A DNA stretch of 52,530 nucleotides from Candidatus Thalassarchaeaceae archaeon (lineage in GTDB: Archaea > Thermoplasmatota > Poseidoniia > Poseidoniales > Thalassarchaeaceae): assembly GCA_030747395.1 (NCBI GenBank), contig JASLKT010000004.1:1-52530 (forward strand). Reading direction: 5' to 3'. This document shows positions 20,928 through 30,581 of this stretch, in pieces. The position numbers were made by a program, and so were the translations under genes. Position 1 is the stretch's first letter; each line of letters opens with the position of its first letter. Below the pieces are notes generated by a model. That model was not told the origin of the DNA. It did not search any database and saw only the letters and a program-made list of their open reading frames with translations.

Positions 20928-22376
20928 ATGGCAACTGAAGATGTTCTCTCGATCCGTGATTGGGTCCGTGTTGCAACGGATTTCATTTCCGAGAATACGA
21001 TTGGAATGTCCCGACACTGGGAATACACGGACAGTGTATCCTATTTCTTGATGGAGTTCATCATGTGTGTAATGGTCTTTGGTGGAATCATGACCACACT
21101 CTTGGTTCTCCTTTGGATGGAGCGAAAGTTACTGGGTCGATTCATGGATCGACGTGGCGCTCGAACCTCTCTTCGTAGTTTGTGGGTTGGTGAGAACGGC
21201 GTGACCGCAGGTGAATGGTGGAATCAATTGCCATTTGGAACCGGTGTTCCTGTAGGGATGCTCAATAAGTTCCTCAACGAAGTGGCAGGAAACGACCACG
21301 AACTTGAAGTTGTAAGTCGTGTCAAGAACCGCTCATATCATGGAGTATGGTGGTTACTTCCAGGTTTCTTCCAGAATTTGGCAGACGGAATGAAGTTCCT
21401 CACCAAGGAACACATGGTCCCCGAGAAGGCAGATAGATACGTGTTTGAAATCGCACCTTTCCTCATCATTGCAACCACTGTGATGTGTTTCACTTTCATT
21501 CCACTGAGTCCCAATTTCTATTCGAATGATTCTGAGATGTCCATTCTATTCTTGATGGCTGTTTTCAGCGTTGCACCACTCGGGGTCTTCTTTGCAGGAT
21601 GGTCATCTAACAACAAATACACCCTCCTTGGAGGCATTCGTTCTGCAGCCCAACTGACGGCATACGAAATCCCTCTTCTTGTAACGGTGCTCAGCGTTGT
21701 CGTGCTATCAGGTTCATTCAACCTGATTGAAGTGATTGAATTCCAAGCTGACAGCGGTGTCTGGAACATTTTCCTATTGCCATTGGGTGGCGTCTTATTC
21801 CTCGTTGTCATGGTTGCTGAAGTTGAGCGTATTCCATTCGATATGCCCGAAGCCGAGGCAGAATTGGTCGAAGGATGGTGGACAGAATACGGTGGCATGC
21901 GTTGGGGTCTAATGTTTGCATCAGAATACCTGCGAACATACGCGGCTTGCTTGCTGTTTGCACATTTCTTCCTTGGAGGCTGGGAGGCACCATTGGAAGA
22001 TACCATCCCATACATCCACTATGTGCCACACATCCTCTGGGTATTCCTCAAGGCTTGGTTCATGTTCATCTTCTTCGTCTGGTTCCGTGCTGCACTACAC
22101 CGCGTGCGCACGGACCAGATTCTCGAATTTGGCTGGAGATGGCTTCTACCATTGAGTCTGGTCAATCTCGCCATGGCAACTGCTCTGCGCCTGTGGGTGT
22201 ATGATGGCATCAATGGTGAGTGGCCTCTTCTGATTCCAATCTTGATTACATCAATCAGCCTTGCATTGTTCATCTTGCTATCGGTTGATGAGGATCCAGA
22301 GGCACTTGAAGCGCAAACACGTCCATTCAGTGTACAGACAGTTGACGTGGCCAGTCCTGGCCAACACAGGGAGTGA
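20928..22376 (+). CDS. nuoH: Complex I-like subunit H
   Basis: ERKLLGRFMDRRG, QNLADGMKFLTKE, SNNKYTLLGGIRSAAQ, RIPFDMPEAEAELVEG..TEYGG. Confidence 0.96.
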   Translation: MATEDVLSIRDWVRVATDFISENTIGMSRHWEYTDSVSYFLMEFIMCVMVFGGIMTTLLVLLWMERKLLGRFMDRRGARTSLRSLWVGENGVTAGEWWNQLPFGTGVPVGMLNKFLNEVAGNDHELEVVSRVKNRSYHGVWWLLPGFFQNLADGMKFLTKEHMVPEKADRYVFEIAPFLIIATTVMCFTFIPLSPNFYSNDSEMSILFLMAVFSVAPLGVFFAGWSSNNKYTLLGGIRSAAQLTAYEIPLLVTVLSVVVLSGSFNLIEVIEFQADSGVWNIFLLPLGGVLFLVVMVAEVERIPFDMPEAEAELVEGWWTEYGGMRWGLMFASEYLRTYAACLLFAHFFLGGWEAPLEDTIPYIHYVPHILWVFLKAWFMFIFFVWFRAALHRVRTDQILEFGWRWLLPLSLVNLAMATALRLWVYDGINGEWPLLIPILITSISLALFILLSVDEDPEALEAQTRPFSVQTVDVASPGQHRE

Positions 22377-23362
22377 TGAAAATGGCCTATCACAAGCACG
22401 CAACTCCGAATTTCCGCAATCTGATTGTACGCCCAATGTGGATTACTCTCAAGGCTGCTTTGCGAACAATCCCAATCATTGGTCGTTCCAAGTTCTTGCA
22501 ATCTCATGGTACGAGCAAGCCCTATCACGGCCAAGAGACAAATTTACTCTCGGACGCAGAGAGGGAGATGTATACCGCACAAGCCCACCCTGTCATCGGT
22601 CAAACCTATGCTCCTGATCGAGAAACAACAGAACTGTTCCCCCACTTTGAACGTCCAGTTACTGTGATGTATCCTTACGAGCGACTTGAAGAAATGGAAC
22701 CTTGGTTGTTCGTTCCAGGAAATTACAACGGTCGAATCGGTGTGATTTGGGAAACTTGTACGGCTTGCAAGGCCTGTGTTCGCATTTGTCCAAACGATTG
22801 CCTGCACATGGAAACTGAAACGCGTGTGAACGTGCTGGATATGACCGAAGAAGGTGACGAACACCACGGATTCGGTGTTGAACTGGAAGTGGGTGGAATA
22901 GCAGCACGCCGACTTGAAGGCAGCGAAGAAGCCGCAGCCAACTTCCAACTATCTACAGCTCACGAAGCTCCGCCAGAGGAGTATGAATTTGGTGAAGTCA
23001 TCAATCTAACAGGTGACACTATCAGTGTTCGATGGAATGCCTCTGGAACGGTTGAAGACGTAGAGGCTGGCGACGTGGTTGGCGCAGAAGTCGACATTGT
23101 CTCTGGTCGCATTGATCTTGGCCGTTGCATGTTCTGTGGATTGTGCATGGAATCTTGCCCATTCAATTCATTCTTCATGACCAATGAATACGATGGGATG
23201 TCTGGCTTCACACGAGAAGATTTGTGGTTTGAGGCAGATCGCACCCGTGTCTTACCGGTACAACATGCAGAAGCGGTCGACATCGAGTTGGCAAAGAGAG
23301 CGGATCAGGCTCGAAAGAAGGCTGAGAAAGCCGCTGCAAAGGCAGCGAAATCGGAGGCGTGA
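22376..23362 (+). CDS. nuoI: Complex I-like subunit I (2x[4Fe-4S]), extended
   Basis: PVTVMYPYE, CTACKACVRICP and IDLGRCMFCGLCMESCP; position between H and J; start 22373/22376/22382 uncertain. Confidence 0.92.
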   Translation: MKMAYHKHATPNFRNLIVRPMWITLKAALRTIPIIGRSKFLQSHGTSKPYHGQETNLLSDAEREMYTAQAHPVIGQTYAPDRETTELFPHFERPVTVMYPYERLEEMEPWLFVPGNYNGRIGVIWETCTACKACVRICPNDCLHMETETRVNVLDMTEEGDEHHGFGVELEVGGIAARRLEGSEEAAANFQLSTAHEAPPEEYEFGEVINLTGDTISVRWNASGTVEDVEAGDVVGAEVDIVSGRIDLGRCMFCGLCMESCPFNSFFMTNEYDGMSGFTREDLWFEADRTRVLPVQHAEAVDIELAKRADQARKKAEKAAAKAAKSEA

Positions 23363-23364
23363 AC

Positions 23365-23673
23365 ATGGAATTACCCGGACTAATTATGGATCCAATTGGG
23401 GATATTTTCGGTTCAGTTGAGGGCATATCCTTTGGGATTTTGTCAGTGATTGCCATTGGTGGTGCACTGGGAACGGTTTACTCCAAACGCGTTGCTCATT
23501 CGATGTTAGCCCTCATCATGTGCTTCTTTGCGGTTGCAGGTGTGTTCTTGATGGCCAACGCTGAGATGCTGGCCGCGATTCAGATTCTAGTTTACTTGGG
23601 CAGCGTCATGCTGGTCTTCGCCTTCGGTGTGATGTTATCTCGTCGCCAAATCATGGAGGAGGATTTCGAATGA
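23365..23673 (+). CDS. nuoJ: Complex I-like subunit J, N-terminal part (J1)
   Basis: AHSMLALIMCFFAVAGVF...AEMLAAIQILVYLGSVMLVFAFGVML. Confidence 0.9.
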   Translation: MELPGLIMDPIGDIFGSVEGISFGILSVIAIGGALGTVYSKRVAHSMLALIMCFFAVAGVFLMANAEMLAAIQILVYLGSVMLVFAFGVMLSRRQIMEEDFE

Positions 23674-23945
23674 GACTCGTCAGCACCTTCGCTCGCCTAG
23701 GCATTGTTGGTTTGCTCGCCATTTTGCTCGCCGTTATGATGGATCCAGCAAACTGGACTCCAGTGACTGGCTCCGATAGCATGACAACACTGGAATTCGC
23801 GACAGCAGTTCTCGATGATTGGGCTTTCACCCTGGTCGTTCTCGGTGCTTTACTCACAATGGCCATGGCTGGTGCTGCGTATCTTGTACGGGACGAGCGC
23901 AAAACCAACCTCATGTGGGAACTTCATGGAGGTGAAGAGGAATGA
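23670..23945 (+). CDS. nuoJ: Complex I-like subunit J, C-terminal part (J2)
   Basis: ATGA overlap with J1; DWAFTLVVLGALLTMAMAGAAYL resembles the last NuoJ helix. Confidence 0.82.
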   Translation: MRLVSTFARLGIVGLLAILLAVMMDPANWTPVTGSDSMTTLEFATAVLDDWAFTLVVLGALLTMAMAGAAYLVRDERKTNLMWELHGGEEE

Positions 23946-24244
23946 TTGAACCCAGTTGGATTGCTGGCTTAGGTGCCTTCCTATTCTGCATTGGATTGGT
24001 CGGTGTTTTCACTCGCAAGAATGCAATTATTGTCTTGATGTGCATTGAAATCATGCTCAATGCTGTCAACCTCAACTTCGTAGCAGGGGCCTCTCATTGG
24101 GAGAATATCGACGGGTGGGTTTACACTTCAATTGCAATAGCGATAGCAGCCGCAGAAGTGGCTGTTGGATTGGCCATATTCTTGGCATTGTATAGCCAAC
24201 GTGGCACGATTTCATTGGATGAGGTTACGCTGTTAAAGCACTGA
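23942..24244 (+). CDS. nuoK: Complex I-like subunit K
   Basis: RKNAIIVLMCIEIMLNAVNLN, AAAEVAVGLAI; GGAGGTGA SD. Confidence 0.96.
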   Translation: MIEPSWIAGLGAFLFCIGLVGVFTRKNAIIVLMCIEIMLNAVNLNFVAGASHWENIDGWVYTSIAIAIAAAEVAVGLAIFLALYSQRGTISLDEVTLLKH

Positions 24245-24258
24245 GGAGGTGACGATGT

Positions 24259-26541
24259 ATGGGAGAACATAGCAAACCGGAATGGAACCTCCTCTTGCCA
24301 GTTGGCTTGATGGTATTATTCCCCTTCATCCGAAGCCAACTTGGATTCGATGCAATCAACAGCGCTTTCCTCATTGCAGCGGTACCACTTGTGGTCTTCC
24401 CAGCAATACTGATTTTAGGGCAGATATACAAGGGCGAAGAATGGTGGAAACATCAATTGAAAGAGGGCGGAATCATTGCATTGGCCGCTCTCGCCATCAC
24501 GCTATCACTGACTGTTTGGTTGATTGTCGAGTTCTTGGGACACCATGGTCCCGATTTCGGTTCCCAAGGCGTCATTTTTGATTGGATTCAGTTTGAGATA
24601 TTCGACGGTGCTGCACTCATTGGCACCTCAACTCTGAGTTTTGGTTTGTGGATTGACAGTGTATCCCTCACCGTTCTGTTTGTCGCCGCCTTCCTTTGTT
24701 TCCTCATCTGCTGGTTTGCCATTGGCTACATGACCACGGATCCAATCAATGAGGACCGAAACCATCGCTTCTTCGCAGAGTTTGTCTTGTTTAGCATGGG
24801 TATGTTTGGGATGGTGTTGGCAGACAGTTTCCTGTGGTTGTTTATTTTCTGGGAGATTATGGGTCTTTGTTCCTACCTCCTCATCGGATTTTATTGGGAA
24901 AAGCCCAGTGCTGCAGCCGCAGCCAAGAAGGCGTTCCTCACTACACGTGTAGGTGACGTATTCCTGATGGTCGGCTTGTTCATGCTGTATGATTTGTATC
25001 ACAGCCTTGAGTTCGCAGTCATCTTTGGCGACCCTACCTTGGGCGGCGCAGTCCACGGAACAGACCTCCAATGGCCTCTATTCTTGATGTTCATTGGTTG
25101 CGTCGGAAAGTCTGCTCAATTCCCTCTCCACGTTTGGCTACCCGATGCGATGGAAGGTCCAACTCCAGTCTCAGCTCTCATTCACGCAGCGACCATGGTG
25201 AACGCCGGCCTCTATCTGGTCGCGCGTATGTTCCCATTGTTCAGCGAACATCACTTCGAAGGCGATCTCTCCGATCTCGCGATGCTCATCGCTTGGATTG
25301 GTGGAATCACAGCCTGTATGGCCGCATTCATCGCCTTCGTCGCCAATGATATCAAACGGGTCCTCGCCTATTCGACGATGAGTCAACTGGCCTACATCTT
25401 CACAGGATTGGGAGCAGCCTGTTGGTTTGCAAACCAGGGCCACCATCATCTCTCAATTGTCGCCTTCGGTGCTGCCTTGTTCCACTTGTTCAATCACGCC
25501 ATGGCCAAGGGTATGTTGTTCATGGCTTCGGGGTCAGTCATCCATGAGATGCACCACGCGCATGACCATGTACACTTGTACGACGACGATGGTCACCACG
25601 ATTTCGATCCACAAGACATGCGGAACATGGGTGGATTGGCCAGCAAGATGCCAATTACCAGCATCGCCATGATGCTTGGCTCAATGTCGATCATCGGAAT
25701 ACCACTCATTGGAGGTTTTTGGTCCAAGGAAGGCATTGTCGGTCAGACCTGGAACGTATACGCACACGGTGGGGAGATGATTCTCTTCCCGGCAATCCTT
25801 GTTCTCGCAACCGCTGGCATGACTGGCTTCTACATGTCGAGAATGTGGTTCATGACGTTTGCAGGCAAGCCAAAGAGCGATGTTGTAGAGCACGTGCATG
25901 AAGATACACAGTGGATTAAGACGCCACTTGTCGTTCTTTCAATCGTCACTGCCTTCAGTGGATTTATTCTCGCTTGCGGTGAATTCGCACATTGGCTCGG
26001 GGATCCAGAACACACTCACTTCATGACGCATCTCATCGAGCATCCGGGTGATGCAATCCTTCATGAATTAGAAATCGCCTTCCTACCCGATGAAAACCTC
26101 TTGAAGATTGTCGGTTGGACCGCCATTCTCCTTTCGGCAGGAGTGGGGCCGTTCATTGCAGCACGCATGCATGGAGGCAAACTGGCCGATGGAGAAGAGG
26201 CTACACCACTCACAAATTGGCTCATCAGCTACTCAGGCAGTGTTGGGCACACAGAAGTCGGCGAACTCGCCACTGGCGGATTTGCCACAGCTCTACACAA
26301 CCGCCTCTACATCGATGACGCATACGAGTGGGTCATTTCTCGAACCCTCATGCCTCTGGCAGCCATCTGCGCTTGGATTGACAAGAATTGGGTAGATGGT
26401 GTCATCAAGGGAATTGAATCCGGTAGCCAATCGACCAGCACCTGGTTGCGCCAATTCACAACCGGTCGAGCCAGCGACTACTTGCTCATGGCAACAGTCG
26501 GTATGCTGATCATTGTTGGAATACTATGGGGGGTGGCCTGA
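24259..26541 (+). CDS. nuoL: Complex I-like subunit L
   Basis: WEIMGLCSYLLIGF, GKSAQFPLHVWLPDAMEGPTPVSALIHAATMV, DIKRVLAYSTMSQ. Confidence 0.97.
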   Translation: MGEHSKPEWNLLLPVGLMVLFPFIRSQLGFDAINSAFLIAAVPLVVFPAILILGQIYKGEEWWKHQLKEGGIIALAALAITLSLTVWLIVEFLGHHGPDFGSQGVIFDWIQFEIFDGAALIGTSTLSFGLWIDSVSLTVLFVAAFLCFLICWFAIGYMTTDPINEDRNHRFFAEFVLFSMGMFGMVLADSFLWLFIFWEIMGLCSYLLIGFYWEKPSAAAAAKKAFLTTRVGDVFLMVGLFMLYDLYHSLEFAVIFGDPTLGGAVHGTDLQWPLFLMFIGCVGKSAQFPLHVWLPDAMEGPTPVSALIHAATMVNAGLYLVARMFPLFSEHHFEGDLSDLAMLIAWIGGITACMAAFIAFVANDIKRVLAYSTMSQLAYIFTGLGAACWFANQGHHHLSIVAFGAALFHLFNHAMAKGMLFMASGSVIHEMHHAHDHVHLYDDDGHHDFDPQDMRNMGGLASKMPITSIAMMLGSMSIIGIPLIGGFWSKEGIVGQTWNVYAHGGEMILFPAILVLATAGMTGFYMSRMWFMTFAGKPKSDVVEHVHEDTQWIKTPLVVLSIVTAFSGFILACGEFAHWLGDPEHTHFMTHLIEHPGDAILHELEIAFLPDENLLKIVGWTAILLSAGVGPFIAARMHGGKLADGEEATPLTNWLISYSGSVGHTEVGELATGGFATALHNRLYIDDAYEWVISRTLMPLAAICAWIDKNWVDGVIKGIESGSQSTSTWLRQFTTGRASDYLLMATVGMLIIVGILWGVA

Positions 26542-28161
26542 GTGGAAATTGTAGAATTCATTACTTTGCTAGGGAATCCTCTGACAGTTCTCACACTGTT
26601 GCCGATTACAGGTGCTCTCTTGCTCATGCTCGTTCATTGGATGGGCAATGATGAGAGACGAGAGATGTTAGCAAATCCGATTCGCTATACCAACCTTGGA
26701 ATTGCCTTGTTGATGTTTGTCTTGGCCACACTCATCGGCCTGGAAGAGAAATTTGGTTTGGCTTGGGGCGAATATCTCTATCAAAATTGTGAAGCAGGCG
26801 CAGTGAGTACTGGGTCTTGCACTTTGATTAACAGCATCGGTGTCTCATGGCACGTTGGAATTGACGCACTTTCATTCCCAATGGTTTGGTTGACAACTCT
26901 ACTCATTCCAATCACCATGGTTGTTGAATGGGATGCCAAGAAGGGAGCGTATTTCCACAGTCTCATCTTGATGATGGAGGGTGCCCTCATCGGTGTCTTT
27001 GTCAGTCTTGATTTGTTTGTCTTCTACGTCTTTTGGGAATTGACATTGATTCCAATGTTCTTCCTGATTCTCTTGTGGGGTGGCGAAGATCGGCGATATG
27101 CAGCTCAGAAGTTCTTCATCTACACATTTACAGCCAGCGTATTCATGCTCGCAGGCATTCTTGTGATGTACTTCAACAATGATGCGAGTTGGGTTGGAAA
27201 CATCACGGGCAAATCATTTGATTTCGTCATGATGGACACGAGTACAAACTTCATCGAAACCGAGGGTCTGCGTAGTGTTGTCTTCCTGTTGATGTTGATT
27301 GGGTTTGCAACAAAAATGCCGAGTGTCCCTGTACACACTTGGCTACCCGATGCTCACGTTCAGGCGCCCACAGCAGGCTCAATGTTGCTGGCAGGTGTCA
27401 TGTTGAAGATGGGTGCATACGGATTCCTCCGACTCGGTGTTACACTATTCCCCGACCAAGTCATCGAATTCCAAACCCTGCTCATCGTATTGGGAATGAT
27501 CAGTCTAGTCTACGGTGCCATTGTATGCCTTGGGCAGATGAACCTCAAACGTATGGTTGCATATTCTTCAGTCAGTCACATGGGTTTGATTTTCCTCGGT
27601 GTGGCCACATTGCAACCTCTCGGAATTGCTGGCGCTATCTTCATGATGTTCGCACACGGAATCATCAGTCCATTGCTGTTCGCAGTTTGTGGTTCATTCA
27701 AGCACCACTATCACACACTTGAGATTGATTCGATGCGCGGCCTTGCACACCACAGTCCATGGATGAGTGCACACATGATGGTCGGTTGGATGGGTAGCCT
27801 AGGGTTGCCATTGATGGCTGGATTCGTCGCTGAAGTAGCCATTCTTATCGCCTTCTACATGGCCTTCGGTTGGTGGGTTCTCTTGCCAGCCGTCACACTC
27901 ATTGTAACGGCCACATACTATCTTTGGAGCATGCAGCGCACCATCTTCGAAGGTGGTGGCGAGGCTCAATTGCCACCCACAATGCACGATGATGTCCCAC
28001 GAGACATCACATGGCACGAGAACACTGGAATGCTCATCCTTGGTGTCCTCGCTGTGATTTACGGTATCTACCCCGACTTCTTCGGCATGTTCGAGATGAT
28101 GTCCGATTGGGCCACGCTCTTGGTTGAGAATGCCATTTACCCACCGGAGGTGAATCCATGA
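26542..28161 (+). CDS. nuoM: Complex I-like subunit M
   Basis: FYVFWELTLIPMFFLI, PVHTWLPDAHVQAPTAGS.LLAGVMLKMG.YG, KRMVAYSSVSHMG. Confidence 0.97.
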   Translation: MEIVEFITLLGNPLTVLTLLPITGALLLMLVHWMGNDERREMLANPIRYTNLGIALLMFVLATLIGLEEKFGLAWGEYLYQNCEAGAVSTGSCTLINSIGVSWHVGIDALSFPMVWLTTLLIPITMVVEWDAKKGAYFHSLILMMEGALIGVFVSLDLFVFYVFWELTLIPMFFLILLWGGEDRRYAAQKFFIYTFTASVFMLAGILVMYFNNDASWVGNITGKSFDFVMMDTSTNFIETEGLRSVVFLLMLIGFATKMPSVPVHTWLPDAHVQAPTAGSMLLAGVMLKMGAYGFLRLGVTLFPDQVIEFQTLLIVLGMISLVYGAIVCLGQMNLKRMVAYSSVSHMGLIFLGVATLQPLGIAGAIFMMFAHGIISPLLFAVCGSFKHHYHTLEIDSMRGLAHHSPWMSAHMMVGWMGSLGLPLMAGFVAEVAILIAFYMAFGWWVLLPAVTLIVTATYYLWSMQRTIFEGGGEAQLPPTMHDDVPRDITWHENTGMLILGVLAVIYGIYPDFFGMFEMMSDWATLLVENAIYPPEVNP

Positions 28162-29909
28162 ATCTAGGTGCTCTGTTTAGCAGTACGGATATGGCTAGTA
28201 CATTGATGCCAGAGTGGATTCTTCTGCTTGGTATCATCGCGATGATCATCGTCCCCAACCTTGGAAATGCGACCTTCCGCTTGCCCATTCCAGGAAAGGC
28301 TTGGCGCGTCCCTTACTTCATTGGCGGTAAGCGATTTGCATTCACCAGTGACCCTCGCCTTCCATCAGCAATTGCTGCATTCACTCTCTTTGCATCGTTC
28401 ATCACTGCTCTCTTGAGCCAGATGGGTGAAATTGGTGTGGCTGACTCCTGCGTAGCCATTCGAGATGGTGTTGCCAGAGCCGGTTCAGAATGGTGTTCGG
28501 ACGGTTCTGCGGTTCTGCAGGTCGATGCCTTTAGTCGACTGATGGAGATGATTTTCATGGCTGCATTACTCCTCGCAGTCATTGCCAACTGGGATCGCCT
28601 TCCCGCGACACCACACCATCGAATTGCACTCAAAACACAACGTGATGAGGCTGTTGAGAATCGACGGTTGCATCGATTATTGAACAATCGTCGCCAAGTC
28701 GATTTCGCTTTGCTCGTTCTCATGGTCGCTCTAGGGATGTCGACCGTAGCTCTATCCGCAAATCTGTTCATGCTCTTTGTTGGGCTAGAATTGGCGAGCA
28801 TGGCATCATACGTGCTGGTTGCGTTCAACAAGGAAACTCAAGCGGGTCCAGAAGCCGGTGTGAAGTATTTCATCGTCGGTAGTGTTGCTAGCGCCATTGG
28901 CCTTTACGGAATCTCGATGCTCTACATTTGGAATGGCGACCTCTCCATATCCAGTTTGAAGGCGGCATGGGCTGACGGCCCGAATGGAATGGCCACAATC
29001 GGTCTTGGCATGATGTTGGTTGCGTTTGGATTCAAAGTCACTGCAGTACCCTTCCACTTTGCGGCACCCGATGCGTATTCTGGAGCCAGCGGCCCTGTTG
29101 CTGGTATTCTAGCAACCGCGAGCAAAGCAATGGGTTTTGTCGCTCTGATGCGCGTCCTCATTGGTATCACAATGGCTGATGATGGCAGTGAATGGACCGT
29201 CCTGATTGGGGTAATTGCAGCAATTACCATGACATGGGGTAACATTGCAGCGTTGGGCAGCCGAAATCCAAAACGTATGCTCGCATATTCCAGTGTAGCA
29301 CATGCAGGCTACATCCTCGCAGGTATCGCAGCTATTGGCGCACTAGGCCCCGGTGAGGGAAGTGAGCTGATTGCCACCGCTATCATGTTCCACCTTGCAG
29401 TCTTGGTCACATTCAAACTCGGAGCGTTCCTTGTAATCTCATTGCTAGAGTGTGAAGGGCGAGGACATGAACTTGAGCACTATCACGGTCTTGCTCGTCG
29501 AGATCCATTGATTGCCATCTCGATGATGATCTTCATGCTGGCTCTTGCTGGAGTCCCACCGCTGTCTGGCTTCCTATCGAAATTGATGATGGTCAGTGGT
29601 ATCATTTCGAGCACGGTTGGAGATGTGACCGGTTCCAGTCTCTCTGAGGCCATGGATTCGATGTCCTGGGTATTTTGGCTGGCCATTCTGATATTCATCA
29701 ACAGCGCGATATCTTTGTTCTATTATCTACGAATTTGTGTGGTCATGTTCTATGATGAGACCGATCGAAACTTGCGCCTATCCCGTGCACCTATGATTCG
29801 AATCGCCATCATGCTGTGCACGATGGGAGCCGTTGTCTTTGGATTTGGTGTATTGGCAGATATCCTTGCGTCAGCTGCTCACGATGCAGCCCTGGCCCTG
29901 TTTGGTTGA
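28158..29909 (+). CDS. nuoN: Complex I-like subunit N
   Basis: LELASMASYVL, EAGVKYF, FKVTAVPFH..PDAYSGA, KRMLAYSSVAHAGY, LAGVPPLSGF.SK. Confidence 0.96.
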   Translation: MNLGALFSSTDMASTLMPEWILLLGIIAMIIVPNLGNATFRLPIPGKAWRVPYFIGGKRFAFTSDPRLPSAIAAFTLFASFITALLSQMGEIGVADSCVAIRDGVARAGSEWCSDGSAVLQVDAFSRLMEMIFMAALLLAVIANWDRLPATPHHRIALKTQRDEAVENRRLHRLLNNRRQVDFALLVLMVALGMSTVALSANLFMLFVGLELASMASYVLVAFNKETQAGPEAGVKYFIVGSVASAIGLYGISMLYIWNGDLSISSLKAAWADGPNGMATIGLGMMLVAFGFKVTAVPFHFAAPDAYSGASGPVAGILATASKAMGFVALMRVLIGITMADDGSEWTVLIGVIAAITMTWGNIAALGSRNPKRMLAYSSVAHAGYILAGIAAIGALGPGEGSELIATAIMFHLAVLVTFKLGAFLVISLLECEGRGHELEHYHGLARRDPLIAISMMIFMLALAGVPPLSGFLSKLMMVSGIISSTVGDVTGSSLSEAMDSMSWVFWLAILIFINSAISLFYYLRICVVMFYDETDRNLRLSRAPMIRIAIMLCTMGAVVFGFGVLADILASAAHDAALALFG

Positions 29910-29984
29910 GTTATTTCCAACCAATGGCCTCCTGCCTTGACGCCCCGTGTTTATGTAGGGCGGTCGATTCGGCGACCTGTTACC

Positions 29985-30569
29985 ATGGGACGACGTCGAG
30001 AGGAAACAGTCGATGAGGAGTTGCTAGCGCAACTTGAAGGCGACTCTAGCGACAAAATCAGAGTACCTCTTCCCAATGAGAGAATTAACGAGATGTTTGC
30101 CATTGCAGATCAAATCCTAGGTGGCCGTAGAGTTCGCGTCGTCTGTGCAGATGGCGAGACTCGTTTGGCACGAATTCCAGGGAAAATGCGCCGTCGCCAA
30201 TGGGTCCGTGAAGGCGATCTCATCGTCGTGCAGCCATGGGATTTCCAAGATGCAAAAGCAGATGTCAAGAAGCGCTATACCAAGACACAATCACTCTATC
30301 TTTCTCGAAAAGGCGTATTGCCTGAAATCGTTGATGTGTTCGGAACAGGAACTGATACTTGGGACGACCTTGATGATGCTGGGATCTTCGGTGGCGATTC
30401 ACAAGAGACACAGGTCTCGAAAGAGGTGGAAGAGGTTACTGAAGGGACCGAGGAAGCCGAAGAAGAAACAATTGCGGATGAACCGGAAAATGCCGCACCT
30501 GCGCCTGAACCAGAGCCACTAGATGACGTGACTGATGACGACATTGACAGCTTGTTTGGGCCGGCATGA
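29985..30569 (+). CDS. eif1a: Translation initiation factor aIF-1A with long acidic C-terminal tail
   Basis: LGGRRVRVVCADGETRLARIPGKMRRRQWVREGDLIVVQPWDFQ. Confidence 0.95.
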   Translation: MGRRREETVDEELLAQLEGDSSDKIRVPLPNERINEMFAIADQILGGRRVRVVCADGETRLARIPGKMRRRQWVREGDLIVVQPWDFQDAKADVKKRYTKTQSLYLSRKGVLPEIVDVFGTGTDTWDDLDDAGIFGGDSQETQVSKEVEEVTEGTEEAEEETIADEPENAAPAPEPEPLDDVTDDDIDSLFGPA

Positions 30570-30581
30570 GGGGGTGAAAAA

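Noticed and set aside
23365-23945. Split nuoJ as a frameshifted pseudogene
   Set aside because: Both parts have their own SD/ATG with an ATGA overlap; split J subunits are known in archaeal Fpo/Nuo-like operons
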